NCBI GenBank assembly: GCA_963676915.2
Contig: CAXXVK010000052.1
Location: forward strand, 32,001-96,000
Source of the DNA: Myxococcota bacterium
GTDB lineage: Bacteria > Myxococcota_A > SURF-8 > G963663525
Length of the DNA stretch: 64,000 bases
Direction of reading: 5' to 3'
Within the stretch, counting starts at the first letter, position 1. Every line of letters starts with the position of its first letter. Positions 49,858-59,602 of the stretch are shown here, piece after piece. A model generated the notes under the pieces. That model was not told where the DNA came from. It worked only from the letters and a program-made list of their open reading frames with translations, and did no database searches. The translations under genes were made by a program, and so were the position numbers.

Positions 49858-51288
49858 TTATTCTTCTCCTTGAATTTCCTTGGTTTTATCCGTCTCGTCT
49901 TCGGCCCCTTCGTCCGTGCCTTCTTCGGCACCTTCGTCGGCTGTATCTTCTTCTTCTACGGCGTCGTCTTCTTCTTCGACCGCAGTATCTTCTTCTTCAA
50001 CGGTATCTTCCTCTTCCACAGCGTCGTCTTCTTCCAACTCTTCCTCGTCCTCTTCCACAGTAGGTTCGTCGGATTTTTTACTGTTGGTAAGATCTTTGGT
50101 CAAACGATCCCTTGTCTTGTTTTTCAACCTAGAACGAACCTTTGTGGGTGACGCATCTTTCTTACCGTAATCTTTACTTGCTTTTCTAGCTCTCGGTTTC
50201 TTCGGTGTAGCTTTTTTCGGTGCTTTCGGTTTTCTTCGTTCCAGTTTGGCTTTTGTTTTCGCTTTTCGTTTGCCTTTGGAACGGAATTTCAGCTCGGCCG
50301 CTCGGTTTTTCTGCCAGACCGGATTTTCCAGACTACCCTTCATGGTGAAATAGTAAAAACCGTCCGCTCCTTCCGCGCTTTTGTTGGCTGACAGAGCGAT
50401 CTGGAACAAATCGTTCGATTTCAACAGGCTTTCGGAGATTTTGAACCGGAAATTGATGTTCGCCACCGAACGCCCCAAGGGAGTACGCAACCGGACCGAA
50501 CCCGTCGAGTCCGTTTCGATATCGGTTTTTTCGTGCTCCCATCGGGTGAAGTCGATCTTGCTGTCCTTGATCTCGATCGCGGTGATCAGCTTGCCGAGGT
50601 TCACTTCGGGAAGATCCAAGTTCATTTTGGACATTCCCGGCACCGGGACTTCCATTTTTCCCGGTCCCAGCACGACACCGAACATTTTGATCTCGCCCGT
50701 TCCCTTCGAACGCTTGATATCTTTCAGATCGAGATCCAGGTCATAGTCCAAATCGATTCGACCTTTGATCGGCAAATCCGGTAAGTGGGCTTGAAGAGAA
50801 GGATTGGATTCGAAACGAAGCCCTTTGGCATCAAGTTTCACGACATAGCGCTGCTGTTCCTGATTGATGCGAAACTGACTTTCGATAACTCCGCCGTAGA
50901 TTTCGACCTTGGCGTCCCCTTCGATTTCTCCATTCAATCCGGCCATCGGAGACAGAGAAGCCTCCATGTACTGGATTTTCATCGGCAAAAGCCGATTGGG
51001 GTTGGGTGCATTGGGTTTATCCGCAATAACGACTTCCCGAGCCTCGACTCCCAGTGGGAAATTCAGCCCCAATTCACCGATGGAAATATCCATGTTCTGG
51101 CGTTTGCTGGCTTCATCGACGATTCGCGCCTTCACTTGCTCGGTTGGAAACGTGAAAACCAGAGCTACGGTAAAACACACGGATGCAAAAGCCGGATAAC
51201 CGAAAAATTTCAGCAATCGCTTTTTGTTACCGAACAGCGCCGGTATCCAGGAAACGAGGGCGAACAGGATTTTCTTAATCTTATTCAA
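49858..51288 (-). CDS. gspN: Type II secretion protein N with Lys-rich then acidic tail
   Basis: TM then TFP motif, beta-rich body ending GSLENP; position after gspM. Confidence 0.75.
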   Translation of the reverse strand: MNKIKKILFALVSWIPALFGNKKRLLKFFGYPAFASVCFTVALVFTFPTEQVKARIVDEASKRQNMDISIGELGLNFPLGVEAREVVIADKPNAPNPNRLLPMKIQYMEASLSPMAGLNGEIEGDAKVEIYGGVIESQFRINQEQQRYVVKLDAKGLRFESNPSLQAHLPDLPIKGRIDLDYDLDLDLKDIKRSKGTGEIKMFGVVLGPGKMEVPVPGMSKMNLDLPEVNLGKLITAIEIKDSKIDFTRWEHEKTDIETDSTGSVRLRTPLGRSVANINFRFKISESLLKSNDLFQIALSANKSAEGADGFYYFTMKGSLENPVWQKNRAAELKFRSKGKRKAKTKAKLERRKPKAPKKATPKKPRARKASKDYGKKDASPTKVRSRLKNKTRDRLTKDLTNSKKSDEPTVEEDEEELEEDDAVEEEDTVEEEDTAVEEEDDAVEEEDTADEGAEEGTDEGAEDETDKTKEIQGEE

Positions 51289-51297
51289 CGGTTCCCC

Positions 51298-51852
51298 CTA
51301 GGCTTCCATAGGTTTGAGCGTCGCGACGTAAAACGTTGCGTCGATCTGCTCTTTGTTGTCGTAACGTCTCTTCATACTTAAACTTTTCACGAATACCAGG
51401 GTATTGGTTGCATCGATTTCCCGAAGCAACAACAGGAGTTTTCCCAATTCGACTTTTTGCAAAACGACTTTGGCGGTTTCTTCTCGAATATTCTGCTCAC
51501 GGTCGGTTTTGCCACGTGCCATCGACAGGGTTTTGTAATCCATGCCGTGTTTTTCCAGCAAGCCACCGACAAAAGAGTGCAAGTTGACGCGGTTGTTTTT
51601 GATATCGTCCGTTTTGTTGCTGGTCTGTCCTTGTTGGGACTTGTAGCGATCACGTAAATCCACGACCTGCTCGAAATTCTGTTTTTTCTTCGCCAGTTTT
51701 GTTTCGTACGATTCAATTTCGGAATGAATCGTGCTGACAATCACCGCGATCAGCAAAACGAAAATCCCGGCGACCGCTCCCAGCATGATCATCTTCTGCC
51801 GGGAGGACAGGCGTTCGAAAAACATTTGTATTTCCTGAAGAATAGCTGTCAT
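51298..51852 (-). CDS. gspM: Type II secretion protein M
   Basis: LSSRQK plus TM, coiled coil, ferredoxin-like C-terminus; operon position. Confidence 0.75.
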   Translation of the reverse strand: MTAILQEIQMFFERLSSRQKMIMLGAVAGIFVLLIAVIVSTIHSEIESYETKLAKKKQNFEQVVDLRDRYKSQQGQTSNKTDDIKNNRVNLHSFVGGLLEKHGMDYKTLSMARGKTDREQNIREETAKVVLQKVELGKLLLLLREIDATNTLVFVKSLSMKRRYDNKEQIDATFYVATLKPMEA

Positions 51853-54008
51853 CGGATCTCCTTGGGAACCGGTGGCTTATCAAGTCGCTCCGGATCGAAC
51901 TTGGGTGGAATCGGTGCTTTCGGACCGGGATTCCTCATGGGCATCCGAGGCTGAGGAGGCAGTACCGACGAATTCCCTCCCGGCTGTCCTTCGGGAGTTT
52001 CCGGTATAACAGGGGGAACCGGACTGACTCTCCCGCGAATCTCCTTCTCCGGTGTTTGTTGGGGTTCAACCACCGGCTCTGGAGACGGAACCGTCCCAAC
52101 CTCTGGGGATGCAACCGGTTCAGACGGTTTTTCTGGAGTTCCCGGCTCGGCGCTTTTCTCGGATTCCTCGGGTTCCTCGTCCTCAACAGCGGTTCCCGTA
52201 CAATCGACATGAATGGTGATCGAAAATTCCGTCTTTCCATCCATCGTTTTCCGCGTCGGACCGGGAGCCAGTTTGTTGAAACAACGATGGGTTTTTACGC
52301 TCTCCGTCACCTCACCAACCACAGGCAGTGAAGACACTTTGCCTTTCAGCTTGATCCGATTGGTTTCCACGGTCAATTCAAGCACTTCCAACGCCGGGTC
52401 GCTTCCCGTCATGGAGGTATCGCCTCCCGCAGCACCCGCAGCGGCATCTCCCGGAGCCGCGACCGGCTTTTTCAGTTTGCGCACGAGGTCATCGTACAAT
52501 TCCATCACGGACGGACTCGGAAGCATCCCACCGTAATTGGCCGAACCCCCGCTGGAAGGATCGAGGCGGCTCATGATTTCATTCATGCACTTTTTGCCGC
52601 TTTTGATCTGAATTCCAAGGGTTTGTTTGCATACCTGACCGATGACGTCGTTCAGATCTTCCTTTTCCTTCCCCAATACGTGAAAATTCGTATAAAGATT
52701 CGCCGCCAGGAACAGCAGAATTACGGCCATCGTGGCAACGATATGAAGCATCTTGCCTTTGATAAGCTCGAAATCTCCTTGGTACGCGAATTCCCCACGG
52801 CGGAAATTCAGACGGCGTTCGGCTCGACCACCGAGTCCGATCGTCGCCAGTGCGGCAGCCAAACTCATTTCGGGAGCCAATTCACGCTTTTCTTCGGAAA
52901 GACGGTCGAATTCCCCACCCAAGTACACCAAAGAATCTGTAGGGATCTGCGTTTGTTGTTCAACATACTCGACCAGGTTTTGAAGTCGGCTCGAACCGCC
53001 CGTGAACAAAATCTGCTGAATTTCCGTATGTTTCTGCACACGATAGGAGCGCAACGTGTGTTGCACTTCCCGCAACCACCGGTTGATGGAAGCTTGCAGA
53101 ATGTTGCGTGTCTTGGGATTTTGTACGTCGTCTTCGATTTCACCGAACGAAGGCAGCGAACCTTCCCGGTGTTTGATGATTTCGGCCTCGGGAAACGTCA
53201 CGTCCAGCCCTTCGGCCAAAGCCAGCGTCACATCCTGTCCACCGAAAGGAAACGTTCGGGCGAATTCAACCCGGCCATCCTCAATAACCGATACAACGGT
53301 CTTCCTATGTCCGAAATCGAGAACCGCCACGGGTCCGGCAACACGTTCGGCGGGAATCATGTGACGGAACAGATTGACGGGAACCAGAGAATCGACCGTC
53401 ACGACTCGTGGTTCGATGCCGATATCTTCCAGGTTATCGATATATTCCCGAAGCCGCTGACGCTCTACGACGCCAAGTACGGATTGCAAACGACCGGGTT
53501 CCCGGCGAGTAATCTGGTAGTCGAAGGTTTTGCCATCCAGTGGAAATGGCAGCAATTCCGATAAAGTAAACGGCAACGTTCGCTCGAAAGCCCGCACATC
53601 GTTGAACGGAACCTCGTGCATCTTGATGGATACGCCATCGCCATCTAGCGCCGTATAAAGAGCTTCCCAGTCTTCTCCGTAACGTTCGAAAAAGCGCCGT
53701 AATTCGCTTTGCGGATCGTTGACATCGTCTTGGTCGGAAAAAACCGTAAAACCCGGTTCTTCCGGCAGATTCTCGTCTTCACCAAGCGCTTCGGATTCTT
53801 CCTCGACTTGTTCCACTCCGGTTTCTTCGTCCGGTTCTTCTTCCTGAATCGGCGTGGCCTTGACCATCGTCCGAGCCTCCACCATCTCCTCGGGTCGAAG
53901 GCGGTGCTCGATGAAATCGACGATTTCCCAGTTTCGGAACGTACTGGAAATCACGGCAGCTTTGATGGAGTAGGAACCGATGTCGAGTCCTACGATCTTC
54001 TGCGGCAT
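51849..54008 (-). CDS. gspL: Type II secretion protein L (PilM/PilN-like fusion)
   Basis: VGLDIGSYSIK, LDFGH, FGGQDVT, TGGSSRL, LNFRRGEF, TM, Pro-rich tail. Confidence 0.8.
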   Translation of the reverse strand: MPQKIVGLDIGSYSIKAAVISSTFRNWEIVDFIEHRLRPEEMVEARTMVKATPIQEEEPDEETGVEQVEEESEALGEDENLPEEPGFTVFSDQDDVNDPQSELRRFFERYGEDWEALYTALDGDGVSIKMHEVPFNDVRAFERTLPFTLSELLPFPLDGKTFDYQITRREPGRLQSVLGVVERQRLREYIDNLEDIGIEPRVVTVDSLVPVNLFRHMIPAERVAGPVAVLDFGHRKTVVSVIEDGRVEFARTFPFGGQDVTLALAEGLDVTFPEAEIIKHREGSLPSFGEIEDDVQNPKTRNILQASINRWLREVQHTLRSYRVQKHTEIQQILFTGGSSRLQNLVEYVEQQTQIPTDSLVYLGGEFDRLSEEKRELAPEMSLAAALATIGLGGRAERRLNFRRGEFAYQGDFELIKGKMLHIVATMAVILLFLAANLYTNFHVLGKEKEDLNDVIGQVCKQTLGIQIKSGKKCMNEIMSRLDPSSGGSANYGGMLPSPSVMELYDDLVRKLKKPVAAPGDAAAGAAGGDTSMTGSDPALEVLELTVETNRIKLKGKVSSLPVVGEVTESVKTHRCFNKLAPGPTRKTMDGKTEFSITIHVDCTGTAVEDEEPEESEKSAEPGTPEKPSEPVASPEVGTVPSPEPVVEPQQTPEKEIRGRVSPVPPVIPETPEGQPGGNSSVLPPQPRMPMRNPGPKAPIPPKFDPERLDKPPVPKEIR

Positions 54009-54009
54009 G

Positions 54010-55305
54010 TCACTCCTCCCTATAATAGAGCAGCGTGCCGTCGCGCTTCATGACAACATGCAACGTGACCATCACCTCACCCACATCACCCTGGGCATAC
54101 ACGGTGAACGTCTCCGGCTTGACGGTAATCATACTCTTCAATTCTTTACGAGCCTTCGCTTCGTCTTCCAACTCGATATCCAGATAATCCCCGGCTCCCG
54201 TAATCGTATTGATGAAGTGGTTTTCGTTGTTGAAACCGTAATTTTCATCACGGAACGCGAGAATCTTGTTTGCAAACGATAAAAGGTCTTCCTCGGTATA
54301 GAGCAGATCGGGGGTGAACTGCTCGATCAACGAAACCAACACCTGCGGATCGGCGGTGTTGACGTTGATTTTCTGGGTACGATAGACAGTAAAACTTTCG
54401 GCAAAATATTCCCAGAATTCATCGGTGACACCTGCCACCATCCGCAATTCTTCCAGTGAATCGAAAAAGTGGTTCTTGATCGGATAGCGTTTTTCTTCCT
54501 CGATATCGTCGTAACGATCCCGCTCGTCACCACCGTTGAAGCCCTGACGTTCCAAATCGGGATCGATCCAATCGAGAATCGAAGCGATCATCTCCTCGCG
54601 GTCGTAGTAGTCCCCGTTTTCATGAGGATTTTCGAACATCATGTTGAAACGGGTCGGACGAAACAGCTTTCGAAGCTGATCCTTGAACATTTCAACACGC
54701 TTCGTGTTGTTCGGACGAATATTGATGTTGATCCGCGATTCCTCGTCTTTTACGTCGGCGTGGAAGTGACCGTCGAAGTTACCGAAACCTTCGGCTTCTC
54801 CCAGTTGCAGGGCGCTTTGCTCGTTCACCGCATCCTTGGGTTCGCTTCCGGTATCATCCGAACCGCCACCCAACACCGGAGCCAACAGGTCGTTTTGCTC
54901 ACTGGCTCCGAAACCGCCTCCCGCAACCATTCGTGCCAACCCTGAATCGATGGGAATCAACTGCCACAACTGAATGTTGGGTGGATTACCGCCGAAGGAT
55001 TTGGCGAATCGTTTCAACATGTTATCCACTGTGCCTTGCAGGTGGATGATCAATTTGGCAAAAGACAGCGCCGAGCGGGCCATGTAGTGAGCTTTCAGCG
55101 TATCGCGCTCGTTGGCCGCCAGAGAAATATAAACCCGCGACTCCCATTGCATCTGCACGGTCACGGTAATCAGGATCACCACCACGGAAAGCACCATAAT
55201 CAGTGCAATCCCGCTCCGGCCTTTCAAGGCTTCGGACCGACGGGCGGCTCGGTAGGCCGTGCTTTGTCCCGTCTGGGGTGTCGATGTGTCCCGTTTCTCT
55301 TCCAT
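54010..55305 (-). CDS. gspK: Minor pseudopilin GspK
   Basis: GIALIMVL, DEESRININ, DWID.D, SLEELRMV.G, INVNTA. Confidence 0.9.
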   Translation of the reverse strand: MEEKRDTSTPQTGQSTAYRAARRSEALKGRSGIALIMVLSVVVILITVTVQMQWESRVYISLAANERDTLKAHYMARSALSFAKLIIHLQGTVDNMLKRFAKSFGGNPPNIQLWQLIPIDSGLARMVAGGGFGASEQNDLLAPVLGGGSDDTGSEPKDAVNEQSALQLGEAEGFGNFDGHFHADVKDEESRININIRPNNTKRVEMFKDQLRKLFRPTRFNMMFENPHENGDYYDREEMIASILDWIDPDLERQGFNGGDERDRYDDIEEEKRYPIKNHFFDSLEELRMVAGVTDEFWEYFAESFTVYRTQKINVNTADPQVLVSLIEQFTPDLLYTEEDLLSFANKILAFRDENYGFNNENHFINTITGAGDYLDIELEDEAKARKELKSMITVKPETFTVYAQGDVGEVMVTLHVVMKRDGTLLYYREE

Positions 55306-55332
55306 ACTAGCGGCTACAACCTTTCTTGAAAA

Positions 55333-56064
55333 TTACAAGGCATTGAAATCTATCGGTTTATTCAACATCACCTGAGTTTTCGTGTAAAACGTGGTTCGCT
55401 CTCCTTCTTCATCCTGAATGGTCAGTTCCAAACGAATGATCTGTGGCAGGGTGTTGGACTGTTCCAGTTGACTGGAATCCCATTCCTCGCCCCATTCCTC
55501 TTCTTCGTTTTTCCATGCATAAACCTGAAAATCCACGACATTTTCGCACAAAACCTCCACGGTGCCGCCCCAACCGGGTTCGTGGTCGATGTAATCCTGC
55601 TGACGACGCACCAGGTTGAGTTGATCGCGAACATCAGGATCTTCCTTGAGGAAATAGCCGATTTCGCACTGGTCCGACACCGGTGAATTTTCATAGCGTC
55701 GCCAGTTGGCGAACGCCGTGAAATCCAGACGATCGCCGGGAGAGTTATCCTTGATTCTGAAAATGTAGTTCGGGCTTTCGTCCAAATTCGGATTGATGTG
55801 CTTGGACAAGTACGCCATGTTCACTTCGCGACACATGCGATTCATCGCCATTCGGATCTTGTGATAGCGCTCGTGAATCTCGCGAAGTTGCCCGGGAATC
55901 TCCAGCGTATGAGCGAAAGAGGCGTAAATCACCGTCGTGATCATTCCTAGAATCATCGTGGCGACCATCACTTCCATTAGCGTGAAACAGCTACGCGCAC
56001 GAGTCCTTGACGAAACATGTTTCGCCAGGACTTTCAGAGATATGGTTTTGCTCGTGCGTTTCAT
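55333..56064 (-). CDS. gspJ: Minor pseudopilin GspJ
   Basis: (C)FTLMEVMVA, W..EWDS, LP...LELT; operon position. Confidence 0.85.
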   Translation of the reverse strand: MKRTSKTISLKVLAKHVSSRTRARSCFTLMEVMVATMILGMITTVIYASFAHTLEIPGQLREIHERYHKIRMAMNRMCREVNMAYLSKHINPNLDESPNYIFRIKDNSPGDRLDFTAFANWRRYENSPVSDQCEIGYFLKEDPDVRDQLNLVRRQQDYIDHEPGWGGTVEVLCENVVDFQVYAWKNEEEEWGEEWDSSQLEQSNTLPQIIRLELTIQDEEGERTTFYTKTQVMLNKPIDFNAL

Positions 56065-56072
56065 TCTGTCGC

Positions 56073-56624
56073 CTATTTTTTTGTAGCAGCCGAGGTTTTA
56101 CGAGAATCGGCGGTGCTCTCCAGTTGCGCAGCTTTCGTCACGTCGATAAAGTGTGTCGTCACTTGAAAATCTCTCGTATCGCCTCCAACGTCCCAACTGA
56201 CGGTCAGCGCGCATTCGCGCAAAGAATTCTTGATCATGTCGGTGATGAACGACGCCGCTCCCATCATCAAAGCGGCATTTGGGTTTTCGTCCGCACCTGG
56301 AAACGAGTCAGGAATGGGCATTTCCACCTTGGTGATCTCGGCTTCCCAGGAAAACTCCGGCCAGCCCTCTTCTTCGAACGTACCGGACATCGATTCCTCG
56401 AAATCGCCGAAGCCTTCCTCGAACAGTTCCCTTTCGATATCGATCATCTTGCTTCGAGCCAGCAACGTCGCCACGGTGATATCCCGCGTACGCATTGCCG
56501 TTTCGATGTTGCCGCCCTGCATCTCGAAAATAGCCACGAGACTGATTGCCAGAATGCCGATAGCCACAACGACTTCGAGCAACGTAAAGCCGGAGCGATT
56601 GGAAAAGACGGAAGTCATTACCAT
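56073..56624 (-). CDS. gspI: Minor pseudopilin GspI
   Basis: GFTLLEVVVA, ATLLARSKM; operon position. Confidence 0.85.
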   Translation of the reverse strand: MVMTSVFSNRSGFTLLEVVVAIGILAISLVAIFEMQGGNIETAMRTRDITVATLLARSKMIDIERELFEEGFGDFEESMSGTFEEEGWPEFSWEAEITKVEMPIPDSFPGADENPNAALMMGAASFITDMIKNSLRECALTVSWDVGGDTRDFQVTTHFIDVTKAAQLESTADSRKTSAATKK

Positions 56625-57409
56625 TCCTCCTCATCCATCACCGGCTCGGGAATCTCTACCTTTTCGTTGTAGATCGTCGCCAGTCCCGTCAACGGATGCA
56701 CGACCAGCGACCAGATGCCCATGTCGTCTTCGCTCTCGGCTTCGAGGTCGTCTTCCTCGACCAGATAAATCACCGCTTGTTCCACGTACCCGTGGGGGAA
56801 AAAGTGCATGTAAACCTTGCCATGCTCGACTGGCTCTTTGAGTCCGGGGGTATACATGCGGTAAATCGCGACACCTTCAGGCAGTTTTTCCTTTTTCGAC
56901 AACTCGGACTGGTAGCCGCCGAACTCGGCTTTTTTCTTCTTGAATCGCTTGGCGAAATCGTTCCACCCACTCCAATTGGTGCTTGGACCGAATTCCTCGT
57001 CTTCCTCATCCGGTTCCGGGTTGATCCCCAAAAGGTTATCGCTGAACAAACGGTCGAAAATGCTGTCCTCTTCCTCTTCTTCCTCCAATTCCTCTTCGGG
57101 GGTTACGGCGATTCCTTCTTCCACATCGAGCGGATCTTTGCGTAAAAAGAAGCGATCCGGCGTGGATTCGGGATAGTAAACCCCTTCGTCGAGATCGAAT
57201 ACGAGACGAATGTAAACCTTTTCCAACACGGCGCGGTCGTACAGGTATTTAAGGTTTCCGGCCAGCTTGTTGGCTGCCGTGCGCATGTGCACGCGGGTCA
57301 TATTGTTGATCGTCGGTATGGAAATGGCGAAAATCATCGCTACGATGAACACCGCCACGACCATCTCGATCAGCGTGAAACCCCGCCGGTTTGTGCCTTT
57401 TCGCACCAT
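56618..57409 (-). CDS. gspH: Minor pseudopilin GspH
   Basis: GFTLIEMVVA, FFPHG, VHPLTG. Confidence 0.85.
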   Translation of the reverse strand: MVRKGTNRRGFTLIEMVVAVFIVAMIFAISIPTINNMTRVHMRTAANKLAGNLKYLYDRAVLEKVYIRLVFDLDEGVYYPESTPDRFFLRKDPLDVEEGIAVTPEEELEEEEEEDSIFDRLFSDNLLGINPEPDEEDEEFGPSTNWSGWNDFAKRFKKKKAEFGGYQSELSKKEKLPEGVAIYRMYTPGLKEPVEHGKVYMHFFPHGYVEQAVIYLVEEDDLEAESEDDMGIWSLVVHPLTGLATIYNEKVEIPEPVMDEEEW

Positions 57410-57445
57410 GTCGGATCGATTCGTTCCGTTTCGTTCGAAAGAGGA

Positions 57446-57865
57446 TTATTCCTCGTCATCCGCCTCGTCGAGCTGCCAGTTGCCGATATCGTCGTTGCCG
57501 CCTTCCGCGCCATCTTCGCCGGTGGACCAGATATCCACGCCACCTTTGTTCTGGCTTCCGGGATTGCGGTACTGATAATCGTTGCCCCAGGGATCTTTCG
57601 GAACTTTAGGCATGTAAGCCCGCTTGCTTCCGCGTCCGGGAGGATTGGCCAACTCACTGAGACTGCTTGGGTATTTTTTATTATCGAGCCTGAAAAGGTC
57701 GCAGGCCTGCTGGATACTGCCGATCTGAATGCGTGCCGTACGGTCACTGGCTTCACCCAGCCGCTCGAAGACGGCTACGCCGACCAGAGATCCGATCAGG
57801 CCGATGATCACGATAACCACCATGATTTCCAATAGCGTCATACCGCTGTTCGAACCGAGTCTCAT
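57446..57865 (-). CDS. gspG: Major pseudopilin GspG
   Basis: GMTLLEIMVVIVIIG, YP, PKDPWGNDYQY, S.G.DG..G..DDI. Confidence 0.95.
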   Translation of the reverse strand: MRLGSNSGMTLLEIMVVIVIIGLIGSLVGVAVFERLGEASDRTARIQIGSIQQACDLFRLDNKKYPSSLSELANPPGRGSKRAYMPKVPKDPWGNDYQYRNPGSQNKGGVDIWSTGEDGAEGGNDDIGNWQLDEADDEE

Positions 57866-57923
57866 TGTTGTTGCCTCCTTGATCCGTTAGATATCCAATA
57901 ACCAAGAACTATTTCACGAAAAC

Positions 57924-58304
57924 TCATTCCTTCCAGTTGACGATATCGTCCCCCGTGCCCGATTCCTCGTCGGGACCACCGGACCAGATATCGATACCTT
58001 TACGATTGCGAAGCCCCGGATATCGGAAATAGTAATCGTTTCCCCAGGGATCGACGGGCGCTTGTTCGAGATATTTTCCCTTGAGTTTGACGATGGAATC
58101 CGGGTAGCTGCGATGATCGAGCTTATACAGTTCGGCAGCATACTCTATGGTGTCGATGTCCAACGCAACCTGTTTCGTTTCACTGTCTTCCGAGCATCCG
58201 CTCAGACACAGCACCCACGCCAAAACCGCCACGGCGAAAGCCATGACCGGCAAAGAGAGCGATGTCAACGAAAAGCCAACTTTCATTTTGTTTTCCTTTA
58301 CCAT
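57924..58304 (-). CDS. GspG paralog with atypical, lipobox-containing N-terminus
   Basis: GspG globular domain (PVDPWGNDYYF, SGGPD...DDI); N-terminus GFSLTS...CLSGC. Confidence 0.8.
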   Translation of the reverse strand: MVKENKMKVGFSLTSLSLPVMAFAVAVLAWVLCLSGCSEDSETKQVALDIDTIEYAAELYKLDHRSYPDSIVKLKGKYLEQAPVDPWGNDYYFRYPGLRNRKGIDIWSGGPDEESGTGDDIVNWKE

Positions 58305-59593
58305 CAGATTTTCCCCATGCCCTGACTGATTTCCATCAAGGGCAGCAGAATCGAAAGCACGATGGCCACGACGAGCACGGCGAGAATGATCAGCATGATC
58401 GGTTCCAGAAACGCCACCAGCGAGTTGAGCCGCGATTCCACCTGTGAATCGTAGTTTTTCGCTACGTGCCCCAACATTTCCTCCAACTGGCCCGTTTTTT
58501 CGCCGATGGCGATCATGTGGGTCACGATCGGCGGAAATTCACCGCTACGCTTGAGCGGATCGGCAATGCTTTCACCTTCGCGTACTTCACCACGCGCTTT
58601 TTCTAGTACATCCTGCAGCAATCGGTTGCTGAGAATGTTTTTCACGATATCCATAGCCGACAGCAACGGAACGCCACTGGCAAGCAATGTAGACAATGTA
58701 CGAGTAAAGCGGCTGACGGCGATCATCCGAACCAACGGACCAAATAGAGGCGCTCTCAGTTTGAAGGTATCCCACTTCAACTCGCCTTTTTTCGTTTTTT
58801 TCCACCAGCGGAAGGTAAACACCAACGCAATCACCATCCCAAGGACAACCCACCAATACTGTGTCGTGAAATTGGCGACACCGATGAGAACCTGGGTAGC
58901 CAGCGGCAACGTCACTTTCATGTTGTCGAAAATCTCGGTGATTTTCGGAATGACGACGATGAACAGAATTCCTACGACACCCATCATGACAAACAGCATT
59001 AACGCCGGATAGGTCAGTGCCGAAATGATTTTGGAACGCAACGCCATCTGGTTTTCACTGAATTCCGCCAGTCGCGACATGACGACTTCGAGCGCCCCAG
59101 AACTTTCGCCTGCTGCCACCATGTTCGTGTACAGCGGCGGGAAAAGTTTTGGGTGCTCGGCCATGGCTTTGGATAAGGACGAACCCTCGTTGACGCTTTC
59201 GCGGATTTCGCTCAACACCCGTTTGAATTTTTCGTTTTCCACCTGGTCGATAATCGCGGTAAGCGCTTCGACGATGGGAATGTTCGCCCCAACGAGATTG
59301 GCCAGCAATCGGGTAAATACCGCAATTTCCTGAGCGCTGATGGTCTGGAAATATTTTTGGAGATCGACTTCCATGTCCAGCGATATACCGGACAATAGGC
59401 TTTTCTTTTCGCCGGTGGATGAACCTGCCGCCGCCTTGGCACCCTTCTTTTTGGAGGATACTTCTCTGATATCGGTAAGATAGACACCTTCGGCCTTCAT
59501 CCGAGCCTTGGCTGAACGCAGAGAATCCGAGTCCACAAGCCCCTTTTTGTTGCGGCCTTTGGCATCGATTCCTTTCCACTCGAACACCGGCAT
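58304..59593 (-). CDS. gspF: Type II secretion inner membrane protein F
   Basis: GESSGALE, ALTYP, RFTRTLSTLL.SGVP, GEKTGQLE, LEP. Confidence 0.97.
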   Translation of the reverse strand: MPVFEWKGIDAKGRNKKGLVDSDSLRSAKARMKAEGVYLTDIREVSSKKKGAKAAAGSSTGEKKSLLSGISLDMEVDLQKYFQTISAQEIAVFTRLLANLVGANIPIVEALTAIIDQVENEKFKRVLSEIRESVNEGSSLSKAMAEHPKLFPPLYTNMVAAGESSGALEVVMSRLAEFSENQMALRSKIISALTYPALMLFVMMGVVGILFIVVIPKITEIFDNMKVTLPLATQVLIGVANFTTQYWWVVLGMVIALVFTFRWWKKTKKGELKWDTFKLRAPLFGPLVRMIAVSRFTRTLSTLLASGVPLLSAMDIVKNILSNRLLQDVLEKARGEVREGESIADPLKRSGEFPPIVTHMIAIGEKTGQLEEMLGHVAKNYDSQVESRLNSLVAFLEPIMLIILAVLVVAIVLSILLPLMEISQGMGKI

Positions 59594-59602
59594 TGCGGCT
59601 CC

